A stretch of DNA of 64,000 nt, from contig CAWDOD010000003.1 of the NCBI GenBank assembly GCA_963803805.1, positions 160,001 through 224,000 of the forward strand, read 5' to 3'. The DNA is from an uncultured cyanobacterium (GTDB lineage Bacteria > Cyanobacteriota > Cyanobacteriia > Cyanobacteriales > CAWCAG01). Positions 1-10,205 of the stretch are shown here, piece by piece (positions within the stretch are counted from its first letter, which is position 1; each line of letters begins with the position of its first letter). The notes beneath the pieces are model-generated. The model did not search any database. It was not told the DNA's origin and was given only the letters and a program-made list of their open reading frames with translations. The translations under genes and the position numbers were made by a program.

Positions 1-1432
1 TAATTGACCAAGTAAGGGGACGAATAATACCTGGTATAACTTCAGCCGCAATTTTACGTGTCCAGATAGGATAAAGAGTGGTTATGGGTCGCGTTTGCAG
101 CAACCAGAGTCTTTTACCATCATAAGTCCACTCAATATCTTGGGGAATACCGTGGTAACGCTTTTCCAATTCCCTAGCTACCTTAGCAACCCTTTGCAAA
201 ACGTTGGGGGGAACATCTCCTGTACCTTCAATTACTGAATCTTTTAGTTGATTAGTTTTATCCTGGGAATTCAATTTTTGAGGATAAACTCGATATTGCT
301 GCGGAGTTACCTGCCCGGAAACAACTTGAACTGCATCCCCTGGTAAAGCTTCAATCACCACTGCTTGATTAAGCTGATCTACTGGATCACGACTAAAGGC
401 AACTCCAGAAAAGACACCTTGGATCTGTTTTTGTACCAACACTGCCATCGAAGTATCTTCTTGACTCCGATCATCACGATACTTAACAGCAGCAGGAACA
501 TTATAAGAAGCAAGACAGTCAAGAATAGCTGTTGACAAAGCCGTTTTATCAGTAACATTCAAAACAGATAGATACTGCCCTGCTGCTGAAGCAGCCACAG
601 AATCTTCCCCAAGGGCAGAAGAACGAACTACCAAAGGATTAGTCTGTGAAGGTTGTAAAAAACTTACCAAGGGTTGAGAATCATCCCCTGGAAGTAAAAC
701 CCAACCTGGGGGAATGTTATAACCCCAACTTTTCAATTGAGATAAATTAGCAGCTTTTTCCCCCACCTTAAAGGGGTCAAGTTTTTGATTAAGAGAAATA
801 ATAGCGCGATCGCCTCTAAAAAAACGAAACATCTTCTGTGACTCCACCTTTCCTTCAGTAGCTGGTAAATCTAAATCATCAGGAATTTGTTGGTATATCC
901 AGAAGATTAAACCAGAAAGGGCGATCGCCCCCCAAATTCTTTCTGGTTCATGGCTATGACGTAACCCTAAAATTAAAGGTAGTAAAATTAAAACACTGAT
1001 ACGCCCAGATTCCCGTTGCCGCAGAATCGTAAAACTAATACCACCTAATAGGAAAATAAAAGCCGCAGTGATGGGATCATGAACTACTATACCCCAAACA
1101 ACATTGGTAGTCCCTGCCCCCTTCCCCATCCAATAACGTCCCATGATTAAGGCAATTAAAGCCACTAATTCCCAAACAGCTTCCGTGGGGAAAAAGTAGC
1201 GGGCTAGCAAAACAGCAGCAATACCTTTACAAGCTTCTGATAAAACGCTTAAAATACCAACAACTTTACCGCCATGATAAAAAGCTGCCGACACAGAAAC
1301 ATTACCTGTACCTAGTTGCCGAAGATTCTTCCCGGTTAAAGCAGAAGTTAGCCAAGCAATTAGGGGTAATCCTCCTAACAAAGGACAGACGATGAGAATT
1401 AGTAGTAAACCCCAAACCTGTGTCAATGTCAT
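1..1432 (-). CDS. PlsY-like membrane domain fused to a PEP-utilising (PPDK/PEP synthase N-terminal) domain; runs off the left edge
   Basis: Not in the ORF track; translated by hand. ATG at 1432 gives MTLTQVWGLLLILIVCPLLGGLPLIAW..GTGNVSVSAAFYHGG, then VGEKAANL, VVRSSALGEDS..SAAGQY, MAVLVQKQI and QDIEW..LLQTRPIT motifs. Confidence 0.85.
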   Translation of the reverse strand, partial: MTLTQVWGLLLILIVCPLLGGLPLIAWLTSALTGKNLRQLGTGNVSVSAAFYHGGKVVGILSVLSEACKGIAAVLLARYFFPTEAVWELVALIALIMGRYWMGKGAGTTNVVWGIVVHDPITAAFIFLLGGISFTILRQRESGRISVLILLPLILGLRHSHEPERIWGAIALSGLIFWIYQQIPDDLDLPATEGKVESQKMFRFFRGDRAIISLNQKLDPFKVGEKAANLSQLKSWGYNIPPGWVLLPGDDSQPLVSFLQPSQTNPLVVRSSALGEDSVAASAAGQYLSVLNVTDKTALSTAILDCLASYNVPAAVKYRDDRSQEDTSMAVLVQKQIQGVFSGVAFSRDPVDQLNQAVVIEALPGDAVQVVSGQVTPQQYRVYPQKLNSQDKTNQLKDSVIEGTGDVPPNVLQRVAKVARELEKRYHGIPQDIEWTYDGKRLWLLQTRPITTLYPIWTRKIAAEVIPGIIRPLTWSI

Positions 1433-1788
1433 AATTTAAGGTAATAGGTTTTTAAGCAAAGCGTCTATTTTATAACTTCATTCTATAGTGATATCAAAAA
1501 GCTTCGAGATTAAAGGAGAAAGGAGATGGTGCGTTTTCATTTCTAACATTTTGTTTGAGAGCAAGGTTTTAAGTTAAGAAACGCTCCCCATAATATCTCT
1601 ACTATTAATGGTAAGTTGGAAGGCAATAAAGACTCCTCTTAAGAAACACAAGCTAAAACCACGATAAAATCGTAGGTATTGTCAAGAAGTGTTTCTTCCC
1701 AAACATTGGGGTGCAGATTTTCACCCTGTTCCCTGCTCCCTGCACCGTGAGGTGCTAAGAAAGTGTTAGTTTTCGTGAGGCGGTCATC

Positions 1789-2400
1789 ATGATTGCAGTT
1801 GTTGATAAAAAGCCTGTCTCATTTGATGAGTTTATTGGTTGGTATCCAGAAAGTTCTGAGAATAAGTATGAATTAAGACGAGGAGTAATTGTAGAAATGC
1901 CTAAACCTCGTGGTAAGCACTCCAGATTAGCAGGTGACTTGGCATTCGATCTGGGTCTGCTCATTAGGCAGGCAAACCGACCCTATTTCATCCCCAAAGA
2001 ATGTGTGATCAAAATTGCCAATAATACAGGCTATGAACCTGACATTATTATTTTAGATGAAGAAGCAATTGTAGCCGAACCTCGTTGGGAACGTGAGTCA
2101 ATTGTTACCTTAAGTGAATCAATAAAATTAGTTGTAGAAGTAGTCTCAACTAACTGGCGGGATGACTATCTTTTCAAGCTGGCAGATTACGAGGCCCTTG
2201 GCATTCAAGAATATTGGCTGGTGGACTATTTAGGGCTTGGTGGTCGGCGCTATATTGGTTCACCGAAGCGTCCTACTTTTACTGTTTGCACTTTGGTAGA
2301 TGGGGAATATGAGTTGCATCAGTTTCGTGGTGATGAGCGTATCATTTCTCCCACTTTTCCAAACTGGGAATTGACAGTAGACCAACTATTTAATCGATAA
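1789..2400 (+). CDS. Uma2 family (PD-(D/E)XK-like) endonuclease
   Basis: YEL..G.IVEMP, EPDII, LVVEVVS, K..DY..LGIQEYWLVD motifs. Confidence 0.9.
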   Translation: MIAVVDKKPVSFDEFIGWYPESSENKYELRRGVIVEMPKPRGKHSRLAGDLAFDLGLLIRQANRPYFIPKECVIKIANNTGYEPDIIILDEEAIVAEPRWERESIVTLSESIKLVVEVVSTNWRDDYLFKLADYEALGIQEYWLVDYLGLGGRRYIGSPKRPTFTVCTLVDGEYELHQFRGDERIISPTFPNWELTVDQLFNR

Positions 2401-2550
2401 TACCTTCAGCATTCATATAGCTATCTAAGCCCTGTATATGAGAATACTCTTGTAGCAAAAATACATAGCTAGTAATCCCAAATATATATCCTGTTAAGCT
2501 TAAGATCAAAAGTTATAATAACTATTGCTCAGCAACTCCCACTCAGAATC

Positions 2551-3210
2551 ATGGTTCAAGCTCCCATAACTTCCTCTACAACACTCTATCCTGATTCTGA
2601 CGGTAAACCAATGGCTGAAAACACGGTGCAGTATGGTTGGATAGTCCGCTTAGTAACTAACCTCAAGCAATTATTAAAGGATGAGACTGCTTTTGTGGCT
2701 GGAGACTTGCTCTGGTATCCAGTGCCGGTAGAAACTCCCCCTGCACCTTGTCAAGCACCGGATGCAATGGTGGCTTTGGGTCGTCCTGATGGAGACAGAG
2801 GTAGCTACAAACAGTGGGAGGAAGAGAACATTGCGCCCCAAGTAGTATTCGAGATTCTTTCACCGAGCAACACTAGGAAAGAAATGCTTTCCAAGCAAGC
2901 TTTTTATGAGAAGTATGGAGTTTTAGAGATGTTTTTCTATGACCCAGATACTCAGGACTTCTGGGGTTTTGCCCGTGAGAGTCGGGAGGGAAATTTTTCC
3001 TTAGTTACACCTCTACATTTACCTTGGACTTCAACCGTATTGGGGATCAGATTTGAGTTGTACTCAGATGGTTTAGCAGTATTTTATCCAGATGGGGAAA
3101 GGTTCAAAGATCCAGGAGAGTTTGCCCAGGAGCGCGACCAAGCTCAAGCGGAGCGTGACCGGGCATTTGCTAAGCTCCGTGAGTTGGGGATTGATCCGAA
3201 TACGCTCTAA
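2551..3210 (+). CDS. Uma2 family endonuclease
   Basis: YPDSDGKPMAENT, APD, PQVVFEILSPSN, K..FYEKYGV motifs; C-terminal KLRELGIDP. Confidence 0.9.
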   Translation: MVQAPITSSTTLYPDSDGKPMAENTVQYGWIVRLVTNLKQLLKDETAFVAGDLLWYPVPVETPPAPCQAPDAMVALGRPDGDRGSYKQWEEENIAPQVVFEILSPSNTRKEMLSKQAFYEKYGVLEMFFYDPDTQDFWGFARESREGNFSLVTPLHLPWTSTVLGIRFELYSDGLAVFYPDGERFKDPGEFAQERDQAQAERDRAFAKLRELGIDPNTL

Positions 3211-3240
3211 AAGCTTGTCTACTAACCTAAAATGTAGCGG

Positions 3241-3347
3241 GTAAGGTGGGTGGGCAAACTACGTCAATTTAACAATTAATTTCACCAATTATATCCATTT
3301 GCCCACCCTACAAGATATGCGATCACACTACAAGATCCGCGATCGCA
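3241..3347. repeat. REP-like inverted repeat followed by a 20-bp imperfect tandem duplication ending in HIP1
   Basis: GGGTGGGCAAA (3248-3258) pairs with TTTGCCCACCC (3298-3308) plus TAC. CTACAAGATnnGCGATCnCA occurs twice (3308-3327, 3328-3347). Confidence 0.65.
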
Positions 3348-3580
3348 CTTAACAACGCTCCTCTCCTTTATATGGTTTCCAAAAGTATTTCGGTTTAAAA
3401 GGTACAAAACCTGGAGGTTGGTTTAGATATTCGTATATCTCCTCAGATACTACTAATCCATTAAAAGGTATATCAGTAAGACTATCCATGTCCAATAGCT
3501 CATGGTAGTACCTAAATTCATCTACTTCTACACCAACTAATGCGTATCGGAAGTCGTTAGCTGAACGTAAATGTTGATAC

Positions 3581-4592
3581 ACGTGAGTTCGATGAAGTTA
3601 AAAAACAGCAGAAGGAAGTTCAGCTAGGCCTTTGGGGTCAAGGTCAAGGGAAGGCTTTTTGGGCAAGAAAGTATAAGCGATTAGACCAGCTAAGAGATTA
3701 ACCAAAAAATTCCAAACGCTACGGTGTCTTGAATGCTGAATCTGACAGATATTCTTGAGCTGGTCATTAACAGTCTCAATCAGAGAACGCTTACGTAGGA
3801 GAATCTTATCCTGAAGACGCATTAACTTCGGCTTCATATTTTTCTTGCGGTGTGTAATCAGTTGTAGTCTTTGTTCATAGAGTTTCTCAAACAAATCCTG
3901 AGAAATATAACCTCGGTCGCCAAATAACTTACCAATCAAGCCATCAGCCATATCTGGCACAGGGTTACGGTCATCAGTATTACCCTCTGTAAGTTTGAAA
4001 GCAAGCAGCTCACCTTTGTCATTAATAATTAGATGTAGCTTGAAGCCATAATGCCATCCCATAGCATTTTTGCCCCAACCTACCAAACCTTCAAAAACAC
4101 GGTGGCTTTTGGAGCGATTCGGGTGGCAGACCTCAATGGGGGTAGAATCAATAAAGCTGATGCCGGTAATTTCTCCTCGAAGAGTATGTAGAAAACAGCA
4201 AAGAAGCATTAAGCTCCACGGCATTAGCTCTACGAATCGAGTGTAACTGACCAAGTTGGGAAAAGCTTTCTTCCAGTAAGGCAAGACTTGTAGAGTGTAA
4301 AATTCTTTAAAAGTGCGAAATCCCGAACCATGAAAGGCAATGACAATGGTCATCACTTCGCTTAGGCTTAGGCGGGAGCGACATAGACGCTCTCCACAAG
4401 TTGCTGTTAACATTGGCTGTTGTTGCCAATGCCTCTCAAACCTTTGATAAAAGTCATCTACCTGACAGAATATTTGGGTGATATCGAGACGAGATACAAT
4501 ATTGGACATAGCATCAGATTCTGATTAAGATTCATTTTCAGCATACCTCTGATGCTTTTCTTTTCTCTCTTTTTCCTCCGTCGAACTCACGT
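3581..4592 (-). mobile_element. IS982-family insertion sequence
   Basis: 12-bp terminal inverted repeats ACGTGAGTTCGA (3581-3592) and TCGAACTCACGT (4581-4592). 6-bp target duplication TGATAC (3575-3580, 4593-4598). Confidence 0.92.
3598..4509 (-). CDS. IS982 family DDE transposase
   Basis: IDSTPI, GWHYGFKLHL, GDRGY, R..IETVNDQLK motifs. Confidence 0.95.
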   Translation of the reverse strand: MSNIVSRLDITQIFCQVDDFYQRFERHWQQQPMLTATCGERLCRSRLSLSEVMTIVIAFHGSGFRTFKEFYTLQVLPYWKKAFPNLVSYTRFVELMPWSLMLLCCFLHTLRGEITGISFIDSTPIEVCHPNRSKSHRVFEGLVGWGKNAMGWHYGFKLHLIINDKGELLAFKLTEGNTDDRNPVPDMADGLIGKLFGDRGYISQDLFEKLYEQRLQLITHRKKNMKPKLMRLQDKILLRKRSLIETVNDQLKNICQIQHSRHRSVWNFLVNLLAGLIAYTFLPKKPSLDLDPKGLAELPSAVF

Positions 4593-4884
4593 TGATACAG
4601 CAAATGACCTAACTCTGTCATCATGTAGGCATCTTGGAAAGTGTGTACGCCACACTCACTAATTCCTTGAGGATAAACATTACACCACCAATCTACTGAA
4701 GAATTTTCTTCTGTGTGATGAACACTCACTTGACAATCAAATTTGCGTCCGTCTGGTAGCAGCAAATCTAATCCTGTAAAGTGTTTAGCGAGCGCTTCTG
4801 CTTGTGGCTCAGAGTTACATTCAACACAAAGACTAAATAACCAACCCATATATTTTAGAATCGATATTTGACTATACCCAGCTT

Positions 4885-5487
4885 TCACGAAGTTTCATAG
4901 CGTATCCAGTGACGGCTGATAGCTTTATCCAACTCTCCGAAAGGATATTCTTCTTCATAAGACTCCTTTAAGGCTAACAAGAAGGTCAGAACTGCCTTTC
5001 CTTCTTCAGGGGTCAAACTTTCGAAGCGCTCATGAAACGCGGCTAGTGACTCACCAGAGTCGAACGATTCTAATGCCTGTTTCCTGTTCAGTTCCAGAAT
5101 ATCATCCGGGAGACCGGGAGAACACTGAGCAAGATAGTTATAGCTTTCTACTATATCATTGCGAGATAGCTTGGTAAGTATATCTATCAGTGCATCTACA
5201 AAAATACGGACGGAGTAGAATGATTTTAGGGAATAGTAGAGGAAAGCAGGTAAAAAATATAGCAATGCCTCCGGAGTCAGCGCTACAATATCACCTCCTA
5301 TTTCATAACGCATCTCCTGAGCAGTAAGTTCTATGGGGGTTATCGTAGCTAGAAACTGACCCAATTTTTTATATTCGTACTGCACTAGGGGTTCTGGTGC
5401 TAATATCTGAGTAGCTAGGGGTCGAGGGCGTGAGGCAAAGGCATTAAAGAAATATGCTTTCAGGTCTTTGTCAGGAGGTATTTGCAT
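4885..5487 (-). CDS. Hypothetical protein (DUF6714-like); candidate immunity protein for the adjacent Ntox16-like tip
   Basis: AF..RPRP and LTPEALLYFLPAFL motifs; begins 16 bp after the DUF4157 gene on the same strand. Confidence 0.55.
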   Translation of the reverse strand: MQIPPDKDLKAYFFNAFASRPRPLATQILAPEPLVQYEYKKLGQFLATITPIELTAQEMRYEIGGDIVALTPEALLYFLPAFLYYSLKSFYSVRIFVDALIDILTKLSRNDIVESYNYLAQCSPGLPDDILELNRKQALESFDSGESLAAFHERFESLTPEEGKAVLTFLLALKESYEEEYPFGELDKAISRHWIRYETS

Positions 5488-5503
5488 ATCATCGCGAGAT
5501 TAT

Positions 5504-6826
5504 CTAGTGTGCTTGTTGAATTTGCTTCCGGATTGACTCAAGCGCCACTATCACTGCTGCAATCCCTGCTGATATAGCACCAACTGCAACCACGGCTTGA
5601 ATGGCTTTCCCAAGTGCAATAATTGCAATAATAAGTCCAACTATTGCAGCAATAGTTAATCCTGCTTCGATGAGCTGCCGAGAGCGTTCGACCACTTCCT
5701 GCATAGCTCCGACTAATTCTTGTGGACATTTATACTTGTCGAAGTTCCTATAGCAACGCATCATGTTGTTGTTTAGTTGTGTTATGTGCTCACGATGTTT
5801 TCTATTACCGCCCCTAAAGCATTTAGTCATTATCACAGTCCGTGCTGAAAGTTCTGCTGCAATAGCAGCTATCTTAGTTGCTAGAGTTGGGCAGTCGTCC
5901 TTATTACTGCATCCACCAAGTTGACCTTTGACTTTTTTAGTTGCCTCTACTGCTGCCCGCAAAGCCTTATATTCCAGATCACTACAGTCTCCTGGAGGCT
6001 TCATACCATCACCAGGATAAAGTTGTACTAATTGACTTACCGCCATCTCGGTGTTTGTTTTTTTACTTTGAATATTTGTATTGCTGCGCTCATTAATAGA
6101 CTGTTGTTGAATGCCTGGTGCAGATCCTTGTTGCACCACATGGGTCAACTCATGGGCAACCAACTTCTGCCCCTCAAGACTCCCAGGATTATACTCGCCT
6201 TGCTTAAAAAAGATATCCTGCCCCGTAGCAAACGCCCGTGAATGCAAAGAGCGATTTAACTGATTAGCATTACCATCAGTATGTACCTTCACCCCACTAA
6301 AATCTGCTCCAAAAACCCGCTCCATCGGCTTCTTAATCTTCTCAGATAGCCCCTGACCACTACCCCTTGCTCCTTGGATACTTTGCTCCACACCAGGGTC
6401 AACTCCTCCCCCAGCAACTCCACCATGACGCATCACCGTTGGTTTAACTACTGGTTCTACTTTTGTTTGTACTGATTCATTAAAGCCAGGAGAATTAATC
6501 TGTTTAACCACCTTTGCTGCTGTGGCATCAGCTTCCTGTTCATACTTATCCCCTGGTTCCCCTACCGTTAACTTAGTTTGTACCTCTAAGTTTTCTTCTT
6601 TCTCCTGACCTTCACAAGCATCACACTTAGTTTGAATAGAATTACTCAAATAACTTTTACCTACCTCAGAAGCAATTGGCCGCTGCCAACCTGCCGTTTC
6701 TTCGGTACTCTGCCATCTGCCCGTTGCTGGTTGAATACCAACCGTAGGTGGTTTAAAGGAGGAAGATGGGGGGGAATGACTGGGAGGAGTCCAGTGAGAA
6801 GACTTGCTGGTGTGGGTTTTACTCAT
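5504..6826 (-). CDS. DUF4157 (eCIS-core) protein with Ntox16-like toxin domain and hydrophobic tail
   Basis: IQTKCDAC, QTKLTVGEPGDKYEQEAD, FGADFSGVKVH, RAFATGQDIFF and HELTHVVQQ; C-terminal PPGDC...C...C...AR..I..KCFRGGNRKH...C. Confidence 0.85.
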   Translation of the reverse strand: MSKTHTSKSSHWTPPSHSPPSSSFKPPTVGIQPATGRWQSTEETAGWQRPIASEVGKSYLSNSIQTKCDACEGQEKEENLEVQTKLTVGEPGDKYEQEADATAAKVVKQINSPGFNESVQTKVEPVVKPTVMRHGGVAGGGVDPGVEQSIQGARGSGQGLSEKIKKPMERVFGADFSGVKVHTDGNANQLNRSLHSRAFATGQDIFFKQGEYNPGSLEGQKLVAHELTHVVQQGSAPGIQQQSINERSNTNIQSKKTNTEMAVSQLVQLYPGDGMKPPGDCSDLEYKALRAAVEATKKVKGQLGGCSNKDDCPTLATKIAAIAAELSARTVIMTKCFRGGNRKHREHITQLNNNMMRCYRNFDKYKCPQELVGAMQEVVERSRQLIEAGLTIAAIVGLIIAIIALGKAIQAVVAVGAISAGIAAVIVALESIRKQIQQAH

Positions 6827-6968
6827 AAAACCTCTGGGAATGTAGGAGAAAAAGTATAACTTTTTGTTGCTTTTAAGGTTATCTAATTTCTTTTAAGCTA
6901 ATACTTTGACTAAATATATCTTAACGTCAGTATTCATAGGGAACTAAAACTTTTGGGAGAGAAAAGTA

Positions 6969-8963
6969 ATGGCTATAATTGCAACTCCTGATCAGAATGA
7001 AATTAACTCAAATAACCTCATCACTGCCTTAACTCCTATTTACCAGGACTTAATCAACTATGCTCAACGTCAACAACAGCAAGAAGTTGAGGAAAAACCA
7101 ATTGATGTTATCTCAGAATTAGAAGCGATCGCATCTTCTCTCCCTCACTTAGAAAAGCTTTGTCAAACCTTCACCCTTTCTACCTTTGAGCGTAACATCC
7201 TCTTACTCTGTCTTTGTCGAGTAGTTTTTCCCGATGCTCCTTACTGGTTAACCCAAGCCCAAGGTAATCCCCGTGCAGATTATCCTACTCTGGGTTTGGC
7301 TTTGCAACTATGGCAAGATAACCATTGGAGCGCTGTAACTCCCACATCTTCTTTACGTCGCTGGCAACTGCTATTAGTTGACACTAACCAAGAAGATATT
7401 ACCCTGGCTCCCTTAAAAGTTGATGAAACTATTCTGCACTATTTAATGGAGGAAGATTACTATGATGCACAACTAGCCCGTTTCCTCAAGCCTTCAACTA
7501 TTCAAAGTTCTCAACTCCCTACATCTCACCAACAAATAGCTACTAATCTTATCAACATTTGGTCACCTTCATCTACCTACAATACAGTACCAATTGTGCA
7601 GTTATGTGGCCATTCACTAACTACCTGTGAAGAAATTGCGATTGCAGCCTGTCAGGAAAATAATTATCCCCTCTACTACCTTTCTGCTTCTCGACTACCT
7701 AACAACCCCGATGAATTATCATTTTTGCTGCAACGCTGGCATCGGCAAGTCAAGTTAATTGGTGGTGTGTTGTTGTTGGATTGTCATAACCTTCATCACA
7801 CAGACATGGTTAGGGAAGAAGCTATCTCTCGGTTAGTGGAAGATATAGAAACCCCCTTAATAATTTGCAGTGAGAAAAGGAAAAGTTGGCCCAGGCGGGA
7901 GGCGATCGCCTTTGACATACCTCAATTAACTCACGAAGAACAACTGGCACTGTGGCAAACTAATTTAGGTGAAGCAACCTCTCAACTGAATGGTACTGTA
8001 GAATCCCTGGTAACTAACTTTAGCCTCAGTAGTACAAAGATTAAAACTGCTTGTTTAACCACAACGGAACAGCAACAGCAAACTCCCTTAGCAGAACAAC
8101 TTTGGCACTTTTGTCGCACCCAAGCCCGTCCCCAATTAGATGATTTAGCACAACGGGTAGAAAGCCAAGCTACCTGGGAAGATTTGATCCTGCCGGAAAA
8201 AACAAAGAGTCTGTTGCAGGAATTAGCCAGCCAGGTACGCCAAAGGGCAAAGGTTTACCAAAAGTGGGGTTTAGCTAAACGTAGTGTTAGGGGTTTGGGA
8301 GTGAGTACCTTGTTTGCTGGGGAGAGTGGTACAGGTAAAACCCTGGCGGCTGAGGTTTTGGCGAACGAGTTTAAATTGGATCTCTATCGCATTGATTTAA
8401 GTAGGGTTGTAAGTAAGTATATTGGCGAGACGGAGAAAAACTTAGAGCGTATTTTTAGCGCAGCCGAAGGAGGGGGAGTAGTTTTGCTTTTTGACGAAGC
8501 GGATGCTCTTTTCGGCAAACGCACCCAGGTTAAAGATAGTCATGATCGCCATGCTAATGTAGAAGTTAGTTTCTTGCTACAACGGATGGAAGCATATCAA
8601 GGTTTAGCGATTTTAACCACAAACCTCAAAGAATCCCTCGACCAAGCTTTTCTGCGCCGTCTCCGTTTTATTGTTTCTTTTCCCTTTCCCGATGCTGATA
8701 GTAGAAGCAAAATCTGGCAACGGATGTATCCTCAACAAACCCCAACTAAAGGATTGAACTATGAAAGCTTAGGTCAACTATCGGTAACTGGGGGCAGCAT
8801 CCGCAACATTGCCCTTAATGCAGCTTTTCTCGCGGCTGAAGCTCAAGAGGCGGTGATGATGAAGCATATTTTGATAGCAACTAAGGCTGAGGCAATGAAA
8901 ATTGAAAAAATCCTCACTGATCGTGAAATTGCTGGTTGGATAACTGAAAGTTATGATTTTTAA
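6969..8963 (+). CDS. AAA+ ATPase of the Afp15/Pvc15-like (eCIS-associated) family
   Basis: Walker A GESGTGKT, Walker B LLFDEAD, SKYIGETEKNL, VKDSHDRHAN; N-terminal F.LS.FER..LLL and L..WQLL region. Confidence 0.85.
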   Translation: MAIIATPDQNEINSNNLITALTPIYQDLINYAQRQQQQEVEEKPIDVISELEAIASSLPHLEKLCQTFTLSTFERNILLLCLCRVVFPDAPYWLTQAQGNPRADYPTLGLALQLWQDNHWSAVTPTSSLRRWQLLLVDTNQEDITLAPLKVDETILHYLMEEDYYDAQLARFLKPSTIQSSQLPTSHQQIATNLINIWSPSSTYNTVPIVQLCGHSLTTCEEIAIAACQENNYPLYYLSASRLPNNPDELSFLLQRWHRQVKLIGGVLLLDCHNLHHTDMVREEAISRLVEDIETPLIICSEKRKSWPRREAIAFDIPQLTHEEQLALWQTNLGEATSQLNGTVESLVTNFSLSSTKIKTACLTTTEQQQQTPLAEQLWHFCRTQARPQLDDLAQRVESQATWEDLILPEKTKSLLQELASQVRQRAKVYQKWGLAKRSVRGLGVSTLFAGESGTGKTLAAEVLANEFKLDLYRIDLSRVVSKYIGETEKNLERIFSAAEGGGVVLLFDEADALFGKRTQVKDSHDRHANVEVSFLLQRMEAYQGLAILTTNLKESLDQAFLRRLRFIVSFPFPDADSRSKIWQRMYPQQTPTKGLNYESLGQLSVTGGSIRNIALNAAFLAAEAQEAVMMKHILIATKAEAMKIEKILTDREIAGWITESYDF

Positions 8964-9085
8964 GTTATTTTGAGCAGCTTTTATGTTCCTCATATCTGTT
9001 GTCTCGTCTTGTGGTTGTATTGTCATAAAAATTATTATTTTGGCTGAGATGACTTTTAGGAATTCTGGCATTTTGATAGTCAACG

Positions 9086-10081
9086 CTACTTCAACAAATC
9101 TCGCCGGGGTTTAAAAGTTTCCACTTCTCGCAACTTCTCATACAATTCTTTTTCTTCAGGGCTAATTTCTTTAGGAATAATCACCTCTATTTCCACCAAT
9201 TGATCGCCCCGCTTCCCCTCTGCATCGGGATAACCTTTATTAGCTAAGCGTAATCTTTGACCAGATTTTACTCCTGGGGGAACATTCATCTTCACCAAAC
9301 CATCAAGGGTAGGCACTTCCACTGCCCCTCCTAAAACTGCTTCTGTGGGAGTTAAAGGCACTTGACAAAAAATCTCGTTCCCTCGTAAAGCGAAAAAGGC
9401 ATGAGGTTTAACCGTCATTTTTAAATAAAGATCCCCACCATTAATCCCTTGCCCCCGGAGACGAATCTTCTGTTGATCAACTATCCCTGCCGGCATTTCA
9501 ACTTCCAAAGAACGTCCATCTTCTAAACGAATACGTTCTTTCCCTCCTTGGTAAGCTTTTTCTAGGGGTAAAGTTAACCTAGCTTCGACATTACGGCGAC
9601 TTTTCTTAACCACAGGAGGGCGATCGCGATCATTTCCTCCTACGGTATAAGCGCTTTTAGTAGTTCCTGGGCGATAGGCATCTTTAGTAGTAATCCTAGT
9701 ACTAGGTGGTCTAGTTTTAACTCCCACTCCTGTTTCTCTGCGCCTACCCATCAACTGGTCAATAAAGCTATTAAAATCGCCATACTGACTGTAATCCACA
9801 CCCCGGCTAGTACTACTTCTTCCTCCAGCCGCCTTGCCTTTACGAAAGCCTTTCTGCTGCCAATAACGACTAAATTGGTCATACTCTGCCCGTTTAGCCC
9901 CGTCGGAGAGAACTTCATAAGCTTCCCCAAGATCCTTAAACTTCTCTTCAGCAATTTTATCCCCCGGATTTAAGTCAGGGTGGTACTTCCGGGCTAATTT
10001 CCGATAAGCCCGTTTAATCTCTTCTGCTGAGACATCTTTACTAATACCAAGAATCTCGTAGTAGTTACGGAAGTTTTGCAT
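9086..10081 (-). CDS. dnaJ: DnaJ-class (type II) chaperone
   Basis: J domain with HPD motif, DnaJ C-terminal domain, no zinc finger; downstream of dnaK. Confidence 0.92.
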   Translation of the reverse strand: MQNFRNYYEILGISKDVSAEEIKRAYRKLARKYHPDLNPGDKIAEEKFKDLGEAYEVLSDGAKRAEYDQFSRYWQQKGFRKGKAAGGRSSTSRGVDYSQYGDFNSFIDQLMGRRRETGVGVKTRPPSTRITTKDAYRPGTTKSAYTVGGNDRDRPPVVKKSRRNVEARLTLPLEKAYQGGKERIRLEDGRSLEVEMPAGIVDQQKIRLRGQGINGGDLYLKMTVKPHAFFALRGNEIFCQVPLTPTEAVLGGAVEVPTLDGLVKMNVPPGVKSGQRLRLANKGYPDAEGKRGDQLVEIEVIIPKEISPEEKELYEKLREVETFKPRRDLLK

Positions 10082-10083
10082 AA

Positions 10084-10201
10084 GGAATTAGGAATTAGGG
10101 AATAGGGAATAGGGAATAGGGAATAGGGAAAGAATATACTGTTGTCCATTCCCTCAACTTTTCACGATTAGCAATTAGCAACTAGCAACTAGCAACTAGC
10201 A
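10084..10201. repeat. Heptamer tandem repeats (STRR-like)
   Basis: (GGAATTA)2(GGGAATA)4 at about 10084-10125; (ATTAGCA)2(ACTAGCA)3 at about 10167-10201. Confidence 0.85.
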
Positions 10202-10205
10202 ATGA

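Larger units (their letters stand above)
3349..4849 (-). pseudogene. Candidate immunity gene (about 160 aa) interrupted by IS982
   Basis: Removing 3581-4592 and one TGATAC copy joins MGWLFSLCVEC...ELGHLLYQ in frame to HLRSANDFRYALVG...KGEERC*. Confidence 0.85.

Noticed and set aside
1789-3210. Tandem Uma2 genes as a defence system
   Set aside because: This is a highly expanded family in cyanobacteria, and nothing here links the genes to the toxin locus beyond proximity.
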